64,000 bases of DNA from Podarcis bocagei (taxonomy: Eukaryota). Of the stretch, positions 1 to 57,133 are shown piece after piece. The translations under genes and the position numbers were made by a program. The stretch's first letter is position 1. The number at the start of each line of letters is the position of its first letter. Below the pieces are notes generated by a model. That model made no database searches. It saw only the letters and a list, made by a program, of their open reading frames with translations, and was not told the origin of the DNA. The DNA lies in assembly GCA_964188305.1 (NCBI GenBank), contig OZ076889.1; one strand, written 5' to 3'.

Positions 1-193
1 AAAATGCTCAACAGCTATTCTTATAGGGAAGCCAGATTTTTTTTTTTTAAAGGAGACAGTTTTCCTTTAGAAATGCTATTATTTTGATCTGTTCCAGTGG
101 TTGTTTCATCTTCTTTGAGTACAATCTCCCTCTCTCTGCATCCATTCTTTGAACTTAGCACAACTCAAGCTTTGGGAAAGAGCAGTGATGGAG
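1..193 (-). other. ARFGEF2: Start of the ARFGEF2 3' UTR (continues beyond the window)
   Basis: Immediately downstream of the stop codon; no poly(A) signal identified within the window. Confidence 0.8.
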
Positions 194-46809
<46,616 letters not shown>

Positions 46810-46970
46810 GGCCGCCGCGAGGCTTGAAGGCTCTCCCGTCGCCGTCTATCCCAAGCGGGGCGGGAAGCGGCGCTCACGGGGCTCGGCCGCAGCTGGGCTC
46901 CACGATCCGGAAGAGACGCGGCTCCCTCAGAGGTAACGCTGGCAGTGGTGGTGATGGACAGCGGCACGGC

Positions 46971-46982
46971 GCCGCCATATTG
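46971..46982 (-). promoter_or_regulatory. YY1-type / TISU-like element CAATATGGCGGC
   Basis: Matches the YY1 core (ATGGCGG) and differs from the TISU consensus SAASATGGCGGC at one position. Confidence 0.55.
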
Positions 46983-46987
46983 GAACC

Positions 46988-46997
46988 GTCACGTGAC
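46988..46997. promoter_or_regulatory. Perfect palindromic CLEAR / extended E-box GTCACGTGAC (TFEB/TFE3/USF type)
   Basis: Exact motif 180 bp upstream of the ATG. Confidence 0.6.
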
Positions 46998-47383
46998 CTA
47001 GCCCCCCCTTCTCTCTCACGGCCACCTTGTGGAACGGTTCTCGCTGCCCTGTCAGAGGCGGTGACGCGGGAGGGCGGGGCTTAACTTCGAGGTGGTGATG
47101 GGAGGTGCGATGGGCGGGGTCAGGGATCCCAGCCGATGATGTGTCGCACTTCGCGTTGCCTTTTAACTCTCAGCTCGCGAGATTGCAGGGGGAGGTTTAT
47201 AAAATAAACACATTGGACGTGTTTTGAAATGTTCGTTTTTTAAAAACATTTCCGTACGGGTTCCATTCAGTTCCAAGAATTCCAGGATTCCGAAAAAGCG
47301 ATTAAATTAATAAAACGCAATAAAGGAAGAAAGATTTAAAATGGCATCAAAACTTCCCGGAGAGGCTTTGCTGAGGACTTAAG

Positions 47384-47748
47384 GGGACGTGGGTGGCGCT
47401 GTGGTCTAAACCACTGAGCCTCTTGGGCTTGCCGATCGAAAGGTCGGCGGTTCAAATCCGCGCAACGGGGTGAGCGCCCGTTGCTCGGTCCCTGCTCCTG
47501 CCAACCTAGCAGTTTGAAAGCACAAAGTGCAAGTAGATAAATAGGTACCGCTCTGGCGGGAAGGTAAACGGCGTTTCCGCGCGCTGCTCTGGTTCGCCTG
47601 AAGCGGCTTAGTCATTCTGGCCACATGACCTGGAAAAACTGTCTGCAGTCAGCTGGCTCCCTCAGCCAGTAAAGTGAGATGAGCGCTGCAAACCCAGAGT
47701 CATTTGCGACTGGACTTAACTGTCAGGGGTTCTTTACCTTTACCTTTT
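47384..47748 (+). mobile_element. Sauria SINE just upstream of the promoter
   Basis: Head, B-box and (ACCTTT)n tail. Confidence 0.88.
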
Positions 47749-50700
47749 TAGTGGCATGAAACACCAGGCAGAGGTTTAGGAAAAAGAGGAAGATGTGGGT
47801 TCGGATTCTGAACCAGAGATACAGACCTATGAAATTATACATTATATCTCACGAGATACATTATATCTCACAAGGAAAGCTCAATGCACACCTTTTAAAT
47901 AAACAAAAATTCAAATAATGCCGGGAAGATGAGAGAGCAGCAGTTAGCCATAATCATCCGTGCTCCCATCATCCATAACCATTGGCCATTCTGGCTGGAG
48001 TTGTTCTAAAAACATCTGGAAGTCACCAGTTTTGCTACTGCTGTGCTAAGAGGTTTATAAAATTATGTACAGCGTGGAAAAGGTGTAAGGTTGTGCCAAA
48101 GCATTTTGCTGCCTGAGGAATACAACATGGTGCGTCCCCCACCTCCCTCCCCTAGAAAATACAGGTGCACATCATCCTAGCAGTTGAATCTTATTTCAAC
48201 TTCAGTGATGGGGCCATAAGTTCCTGAGGGCAGCAGTCTAGCTTAGGGGGTGCAAGGCCTGCATGGTCTACATTGCTCTATCCTCCAACACCCCACCAAC
48301 TTCTCCCCTCTTTTCTCATCTGGCATCTCTGTCTAATAGTAAGGCTTGCCTGGAGCAATCAAAATAGAAAGAGCTCTTATTCCGCTGCTCACATAATGTT
48401 AGAATTAAAGAGTCTTCTGGTGAAACTGAATGGCGTGGGAAGAATTACAGTAAGTACGTCTTCACACAATTTATTTATGGAATTCAATTCACTGCCACAG
48501 GATGTGAATGATAGCTGCTGGTTTAGGTGGCTTTTAAAGTAGAATGTAGGCCAATGGGTCATGTGGCTAAACTGAAAGTTTATGGTCAGAACCACTATAG
48601 TCAGAAGGCTGCTGAGTACCCATTGCTGTAGGGCAATAATTGCCTTCCACCCCTCTTTGAGGACTTCCTAGAATCTGTCTTAGCACTGGGGAAAACAGGG
48701 TGCTTGACTAGCAGTGTGATCTACTCAGAAGTAATTCCACAAGATTGACTCCCAAGTAAGTGTGTTTATATAACTGCAGTCTAAGGGGACTTTAGCTCTG
48801 ATCCAGCAGGGCTCTCCTTATGTTCTTTCGCCTGACTCTGGTACCTGATGATATCCTTTAGTTAAAGATGATGATTAAAAGCATTTTTAACCCAAAACAG
48901 GGCCCCAGAGCAGCTTACAAATCGTAATGATTTGTAACACAAACCCTGCCCTCTGGCTCACAATCTGAGAGACAGGACACAAAAGAAAAAGAGACAAAAG
49001 AAAAAAAGGAGGGAGAAGGAAAAAAGTAAGCTCAGATATTAGTCCTTGTAGGGACTGGCTAGGATGAAGAGATTTGGAGATGAAGGGCCAAATGTTCCTG
49101 CTGGTCTCTCAGCAGAGCTGATGAGAAGATTCTGCAGTCCCAAAATAATAGGAGGACATTCCCACACTTCAATATTTTTTTCATGCCTGATGTACACATA
49201 CAACCCAACACATCTGAAGAGATTACCATCATGCATGGAAATTACATGTTGGTCACATGTTAATTACTATATGGAACAAACTTTTGTAATGTGAGTTTCT
49301 GTGTTGCGAAAAGGGAATACTGGTGATCATCCCAAGTCTTGGTCTAAAGAATAGAACAAGGAATGTAATGCATGCTGTATGTTAAACATGTTTTGACAAT
49401 AACAACTTCTTAATAAGACTAGGGTCAGATGTGTATGTGACCAAATTAAGCAAACCCTTTCTTTTTTTCCTGATAGATTAGCATGTTATAATGTACAAAA
49501 TGTCTGCTATAGGTTGCAAGTTCATTGAAACTGTTCTTGAACTTGTAGAGCAGGATTTGATCTTTCTTCACAAGTAGTGGAAAGAGATTAGAGATTTTGG
49601 GGGCAGCAGCATTTTAGGGATGCTCTTGTGATGCCAAAACCCAATGAAATGTTACCAACTTGGACATAAATTGTCCTGACAGTCACAGCTTTGTATAATT
49701 AACCTTTATTGGCTTGCCAGAATCATGCTTGTCAGTTTAATGCCAATCAAATGCCAAGGACCAACATCCCTGACCTGTCATCTTGCTGTGAAAGCTGATG
49801 TACTGGAAGACACCCAACTTTCCCTCTTGGTGACACACAAATCTGCGCAAATCTTTTCTTGAAGCTCTGCTTCAAGCAGTGACTAGACATGCCTCAAAGA
49901 GGGGACCGACCAGTAGATGTTTTCATGTGGAACCCCATGAGAGGCAGAATAGGAGCCCAAAGGGAAGCAAGGATGCAACCTGGTGTGACAGGAGTAGGAA
50001 ACCTCTACAATGTGGGCCAAATGCACCTCTCCAGTTCCTCATATCATTTTCCTAAACAGACTTGTTCCACACACTTCTGAGGTACTTTTGTCTGTTTTCC
50101 ATGAACTGCGATGGTGCTTCTTGCTTAAACTGGGTTGAGAGAGATGGGTGGGAGCATAGAAAACAATGGCTTCTGCACAGCTGAAATGGAGCCCACGGTA
50201 CGAAGATAAAAGTCACACTTGCTGTTCCACTTCTCTATGCCTCTGACCCTGCTCTACACTAGTATGCAACTCATGGAAGGTTCCCTACAAGAGAATGCAG
50301 ATCTTGTGCTAGAGAACACCCCCTACAACTGTTTGTGATGTTTCTCCACCCACTGTATAGAGGGCTATTTTTCAAACAACAACAACACTCATTTAAATCA
50401 CCACTAAGGTCCACATACCATTATGAGGTCTGAATAGATAACTATGATGTCTCCCCAGCTGTTGCCATTGGCTGCAAACTGCTTGTGATGTCACAAGGAG
50501 AGGAAGAGATGAGGGCAAAGAGGGATCTATAGTTTGTTAAGAGTCCTTAGAGTTGGTCTCAACACCATTAAAGTTTCTAAGATTCTTTGTAGGAAGCCAT
50601 GACTGTTAAAATGGTATAACGGTGCTTAAAAATGTATGATGTGGATGTGGTGTCTGAATTTTTGGAGAGATTCTAGCTGTGCTTTAAATGGCTTTTCTCC

Positions 50701-51143
50701 ACTTGAGGGCAGCATTGATCTAGTTAAATATGTTAAAGTGAGGAATGTCCCTGCTTCTACTTTATGCAACTGAGTTTTAAGTGCTTTAACCCATAAATTT
50801 CCACTGACCTCAGTAGTTTGTAAAGAGTGATCACCCATTCAAGAATAAATAGTGCGATAAAGACCCACTAACAGCAGCAGGATTGTATTCTTAAGTAAAA
50901 TGTGCTTAAGATTTCAACATGCATTCTTGTGTCTGCACAAATACCAAGCCTACTTTGATCTGAGCAATAAACAAATAACAATAATTTGCAATTGCAGATA
51001 ATAAGAAGTAAGTAATTCCTGTGAAATTGTGTATCTTCTTAGAAAACAGAGGAGCACATTCTGCTTTAGAAGTTATACAGGTACAATATGTACTGCAAAT
51101 TCTTCCATAATGCTATATGCACCCAGTGCCATCTATTGTGTGT

Positions 51144-51407
51144 GAAGAAGAAGAAGAAGAAGAAGAAGAGTTTGGATTTGATATCCCGCCTTTCACTCCC
51201 CTTCAGGAGTCTCAAAGCGGCTAACATTCTCCTTTCCCTTCCTCCCCCACAACAAACACTCTGTGAGGTGAGTGGGGCTGAGAGACTTCAAAGAAGTGTG
51301 ACTGGCCCAAGGTCACCCAGCAGCTGCATGTGGAGGAGCGGAGACGCAAACCCGGTTCGCCAGATTATGAGACTACCGCTCTTAACCACTACACCACACT
51401 GGCTCTC
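51144..51407 (-). mobile_element. tRNA-derived SINE (probably Squam3 family)
   Basis: (GAA)n tail on + strand; pol III A/B boxes on minus strand. Confidence 0.84.
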
Positions 51408-51965
51408 CTGTGTGAACAGCAGGAAGTCAAGGAACAGCACTGGATGAAGTTATAGATGCATAGGGTGGGTGGGGAGGTAAACAGGATGTACATCAGATTT
51501 ACCCTTCAAAATTTCAGTCTGCAAATGCACCCTAAGACTTGATGGTGCAACAGGCTTTTGTTTTTGCAGCTGCAAATGAAAATGGCTTGTCTGGAATTTG
51601 TCTTTAGCCTTCGTTTCCGCAGGTATTTCCACAAAGGTCTTTGAACAGAGGCATGATTTAGCAGCCTTTTGTAAGTATTGGACAACCACTTCCTTCATCT
51701 CTCTTCACAGCTGCATCTTCATGGAAGACACATAGCTAAATCCAATTCACGGACACGACAGGCAACTGAGTGTTCGTTTGATGTCATATACAAGGGAATT
51801 TTACACAAATCTAATCTGTTTTGCCATGTTGCTTTAATGCAGTGGTTTTGTTTTCCCACTTGTTTGAAATGCATGACGGGTTTGAATGCCCATTTGTAAA
51901 GAACATAGGGATCTACATTATAGCGAGTCAGAACATCATTCCATTTAGCTTAGTAGTGTCTACAC

Positions 51966-52152
51966 CAGCCATGCCCAAAGTCCATCTTGGGGGCCTAATC
52001 CGGCCTGCCGGTCATTTTAATCTGGCCCCTGTGACAGTTTATTTCCCGGGGTAAAATTCTAAAAAATCCACAAAGGTTGGCCTTTAGTTGGCCCTCACGG
52101 CCCTTTACTTCACCACATCTGGCCCTCCTTGAAAAAAGTTTGGACAGCATTG
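51966..52152. mobile_element. hAT/Charlie-like MITE
   Basis: Imperfect TIRs; flanking repeat GTCTACAC; GGCCC-rich subterminal motifs. Confidence 0.55.
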
Positions 52153-52577
52153 TCTACACAATAACTGGCTGTGGCTTTCCAGGGTTTCAGGCAGAGATTC
52201 TTTTACTGATCCTACCAGGAGATGCTGGAGTTTGAGCATGGGACGTTCTGCATGCAAAGCTGATGTCCTGTCACTAGGGATGGTGAGGAAATTCAATGTT
52301 GTCTGCATTCTGGTGAGAAACTACCCAATTTTCACTTATTGAACTAAGCAAACTGAAACAGCGATCTTTTGAAATTCACACTTCTCTGAATTTTGCAATG
52401 CAGTTCTTCAACCAGTATGTATTAAAAATGCATTATAATAGGGAAATGTAAAAATGCATATATTGATGGAAATAACATACATGAATGCATTATATTTGAG
52501 AAAATTCCTTGCAAAAATATGTTTATTAGGACATATGAGGACATTAGCGCAAAATGCTGATGAATTTTCAGGAGGAT

Positions 52578-54196
52578 TTTGTTGTTGTTTAGTTGTTTAG
52601 TCGTGTCCGACTCTTCATGACCCCATGGACCAGAGCATGCCATGCACTCCTGTCTTCCACTGCCTCCCGCAGTTTGGTCAGACTCATGTTTGTAGCTTCG
52701 AGAACACTGTCCAACCATCTCGTCCTCTGTCGTCCCCTTGTGCCCTCCATCTTTCCCAACATCAGGGTCTTTTCCAGGGAGTCTTCTCTTCTCATGAGGT
52801 GGCCAAAGTATTGGAGTCTCAGCTTCACCATCTGTCCTTCCAGTGAGCACTCAGGGCTAATTTCCTTAAGAATGGATGTGTTTGATCTTCTTGCAGTCCA
52901 TGGGTCTGAGAGAGTCACAAAGGGTGTACCACCAAAGAGGTACTCAAAAGAGTTTGCTAACTTAGCTGTTGCATGTGTTGCTATTGTTAACAACTCAAAA
53001 CAGGTTGAAGCAGTCAGAGACAAAGACACAACAGAGAGTAGCTAGCCAAGGTAATGCAGAAGCACTCATTCCTTGGGAAGCCAGACAACCAGAGAGGTAC
53101 ACTGGTGGAACCAGTGGTGGGGAGTTCCAAGGGTGGAACTGAAACAACAGGGGACTGTTATATGTATAACAACTGTGTATTTTCTTCTCTGGATCATGTT
53201 TTGCCTATTGATGCTTTTGGGGGAGGTTGTCAGGAAAAAGCAGCAATGCAAAAGCCAGCAGCAGGTAGCTGGAATGCAAAACAGGATGTTGATGTCTGCA
53301 ACTGTACTAGTGGAGAAAGGGGGCAGTCCTTTCTCTGCTCTGAGCACCGGATGTTAGCTCAGAGTGTCATCTGACCTGTACTGGAAGTGCAGGGGTGGAG
53401 CAGAGACTCTTCTGCCGGAGTCTGGAGGGTACAGACACATTTTCTCTGTACTGCTGAATGACAGGAATAAAACATGTAAATAGGACTCCTGTCTGTTCTT
53501 TCATCCCCTCCCTGGGGGAGTGCAGGGAGGGAGAGAAGGAGGAGGGTGTGTCCTGCTCACGTTTGAGGAGGATCGCCGATTTTCGACCTTGCCTGCCGGG
53601 AGACGCAGAGGGAAGGTCAACAAGGATCCTAGCCGAATGCCTGGGAGTGAGGCCAGTTACCTCTGACTGCGGCTGGAATCCTGACAAGAGTCTCCTCCAG
53701 CACCATAATTCAAAAGCATCAATTCTTCGGCGATCAGCCTTCTTGATGGTCCAGCTCTCACTTCCATACATCACTACTGGGAAAACCATGGCTTTAACTA
53801 TACGGACCTTTGTTGGCAAAGTGATGTCTCTGCTTTTTAAGATGCTGTCTAGGTTTGCCATCGCCTTTCTCCCAAGGAGCAGGCGTCTTTTAATTTCGTG
53901 ACTGCGGTCACCATCTGCAGTGATCATGGAGCCCAAGAAAGTAAAATCTCTCACTGCCTCCATTTCTTCCCCTTCTATTTGCCAGGAGGTGATGGGCCCC
54001 TTCATGGATCGCTGCCTTGCCGTGGCGAAGGGGCTTGAATAACTCAGAGAAGCTATGAGCTATGCCGTGCAGGGCCATCCAAGATGGACAGGTCATAGTG
54101 GAGAGTTTTGACCAAACGTGATCCACCTGGAGAGGGAACTGGCAAGCCACTCCAGTATCCCTGCCAAGAAAACTCCATGGACGAAGACAACAGGCA
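52578..54196 (-). mobile_element. BovB-type RTE LINE: 3' part (52578-52906 and 53687-53996, minus) plus inverted 5' end (53997-54196, plus)
   Basis: ORFs ...RDFTFLGSMITADGD.SHEIKRRLLLGRKAM...ELWCWRRLL and ...SLEKTLMLGKMEGTRGRQRTRWLD; (AAC)n tail. Confidence 0.88.
52907..53686 (+). mobile_element. ~780-bp insertion splitting the BovB copy; probable solo LTR
   Basis: BovB sequence resumes colinearly on both sides; TG...CA ends; AATAAA at ~53466; no coding capacity; TSD ambiguous. Confidence 0.6.
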
Positions 54197-56082
54197 CTAA
54201 TTGCTACAGAGAATTAAATTTAATACTTGAAAAATGAGAAACTAAGGGAGACTGAAATTGACAGACAGATTTGCCCATTCTTATCTATTGCCCTTTTTAC
54301 TGGACTCAATAGTCTGGCACACCTACATTATATTTGAAACATACATTAACAAACAATTCCTTGTTTATTTCATAAAATTTATATCCACTTGATTGTTAAA
54401 AAAAATAAGAAGCTCAAAACCATTGTTCTTCCTCTCTCTTAAATCTTGCAGAACAAAGCAACTTAAATAACCATGAAACCAGATATTTATGAACAAGAAA
54501 ATCATATCAAATCATATCAAAGCTGATAAGTGGGGGGGGGAGGGGAGTCCAACCTTTTTTGTGCCAAAAGCAAAGTCCATAAGTAGAAGGCTGTGTCACT
54601 CTGTTCCACATGCAGCTTCCCTCCCCCCACCCCAATGTGCAGCCATGGACTTCTGTCAGGTCTATAAGATGGGCATCAGGCATCAGTTGAGCACCACAGA
54701 GCCTGACATTGTGCTTAAATCAGGTCCAGGGCTCTTCCTTCTTACCCTGGTGTGCCTGAAACCACTGGTAGCCACGCTGCATTTTCTGTCAACTTAGTAG
54801 GGGCCAAAGCTATAATTCACCACCTTCATGACCTTTAATGCTTCCAGACATTCTTTTCTCTCTGATAAATTTTTGTAGCTCATTCATGCAGCTTTGCAGA
54901 CTTTGCCTTCCCTTCTCCCCAAAAGACTCTCAGTTTTATTCTGCAAAGTTGACATTAGTTGCCATAAGCCTCTCACCGCTTCGTCAATATGGCCTGGATT
55001 GTGAGGAAGTGATCTTTTTATTTCGAGTTTGCAGAGATGAGCCCATTTCTGCTTTTTTACTTCCTCTGGGTGCTTATGTCTTAATCCAAGACATGACTTG
55101 AATGGCGAATTCTCTTTCACATATATTTTTTTCTCTCTCAAGTCATTCTCCTCTCTGCAGGTGATCCCCTTCAACAGAGGAGCCAAAGCTATGAAGGAGC
55201 TTACCTATACAGTGCTGAGATGGGTGTTTTCTACCAGTAAATTTATTTTAAACTGTATTTATTTTATTTTAAACTATATTTAAATCTCTCACCATGGAGA
55301 GATTTGGCTAGGCTGGGATAGACTGACCTGAAGATTTGCAGTAAATATTTGGGTTAGGACTTCTTATGCCATGGAAATTCTGTGGAGAAATCTAGGGAGT
55401 ATTTGGAGCCTATTTGGAGCCACTCAATCAGTCCATGTAACTATTCAAAACCTAAAAACGTCCCCTGTAAAAATCTGTCTAGAAAACTTATGGTGGTAGC
55501 TTTGCTTTAGGATCCAACCAGAGCAGTGTGTATTTGAGAGTAAACCCTACTGAACACTGTTGGGTGTCTTTCTGAGTAGACATGTCTTGGATTGCACTGA
55601 GCAATACCTGAGAAACAGTAGAAACATCTCATATTTCACAATTCAAACAAGTTACTCCATTCTTCATTAGACTTGCTCCCTGATGGGTTGGAAGTCCTAT
55701 ACAAGCTTCCTATTTTGGGGGGAATGTCCAAATGTTATGGTGGTAGCACCCACTTTTCTGGATATTCTAAGCTCCTTGATACTATTTCTGTTGCCCATTC
55801 TCTCCAACTGCTTCTTTGGACATTGAGCCTACTTACCCAAAATCAAGGATGAGAAATCTGTGGCCCTCCAGATGTTTTAGACTAGAAGTCCCATTATTCC
55901 TGACCATTGTCCATGATGGCTGAGACTGATGGCGATTGCAGTCCAAGAACATCTAAAGGGCCACTCTGTTCCCATCCCTAAACAAGTAGACCATTAACTC
56001 CAAACTTGCAATTTGATAGCAAGCTATATCCTCCTGATTTTACTCAACTACCACTTCTTGGCCCACATCTGGGGGCATTCTT

Positions 56083-56191
56083 TTTTGGGGGGGGGAATCG
56101 CAGGGGTCAGCACACCCGCAGTGCAATGGATGAGCCTCACCCTGGGAAAACCTCCTTCATGATCAAGGTGTCTCCCCTGCCAGGTAAGTAT
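56083..56191 (-). pseudogene. RNU1: 3'-truncated U1 snRNA retrocopy (about U1 nt 1-103)
   Basis: Minus strand reads ATACTTACCTGGCAGGGGAGACACCTTGATCATGAAGGAGGTTTTCCCAGGGTGAGGCTCATCCATTGCACTGCGGGTGTGCTGACCCCTGCGATTCCCC. Lacks the Sm site and SL4. Flanked by a 17-bp direct repeat CATCTGGGGGCATTCTT (56066-56082, 56195-56211). Confidence 0.93.
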
Positions 56192-57133
56192 AATCATCTG
56201 GGGGCATTCTTGCCTATCATGCCAGAATCTTTACACTGGCCCCAATTGCATAACCAGCTCTGCATGCCCAGTGCTGCTTTTAAACTTGTATTTTTCCTTC
56301 AGACATCAGCACACTGGATGCTGCATGGAAAGCTGGTTATGAAATTTGGGGAAGTTTCAAATCCGTTTTTTGTTGTTGATGTATGGGAAGCTACTGCTGA
56401 ATTCTTTAAAAAATGGTTTTCAGACATGATAAGGGTTTTTTTTTATAGAAAACCATAGTGCTGAAACAAAAGTGCTGTTTTTGTTTTTTTTAAGGAAGCA
56501 CGAATGCTACTGGTACCAGATTTAGTTTAAAAAAGAAAAAGAAATTGGTGAAGGAAAAATGAAAGTATGCATTCCTTTCTACAGCTGACACCCAACAAGA
56601 TGAAGGCATGCTGGACTTCATCTTGGTCCTTCCCTAGCCAGGAAACGGGGTTTAATATAAGGGGTTTGATTTGTTTTTCTGTAGCTGAGTTTGTGGCATC
56701 ACACCCCATGCTGGTTGCTAAAGCTGCCCCGAATTACTTCCAGTATTGCAAGACAAAATGTGCTGGGCAGTTTCACAAAAAAGTAGAACCCTCCTCCATC
56801 ACACAGGGAAGTGTTCTCTTGCCCCACAACTTTCACAGCACAGCATGCTACCTTTTCCCCCATTCACTGATCCAAGAAGGCCTTGTAATTTGCATTCTCC
56901 GCGTTTCGCTTCAGCTCAAGTAAATCTCCCTGCTTATGTGCTTCCTGTGAAGAAATCAGCTGTAGGCTGAAACGTAAGGCATTGAACAGGAGGAATTCTG
57001 GCATATGATGCTCCTCACATTTGTCAAGTGTGCTTTGGTTGTCTCTCCCCTCCTCTCTATTCTGTTTAATCTGGAAGAACCATCATATTGTGCTTTTTCT
57101 GATATTTGAAAACAGACAGAACTATTAGGACAG

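Noticed and set aside
56083-56191. Functional U1 snRNA gene
   Set aside because: The Sm site and SL4 are missing, a TSD flanks it, and it shows CpG decay.
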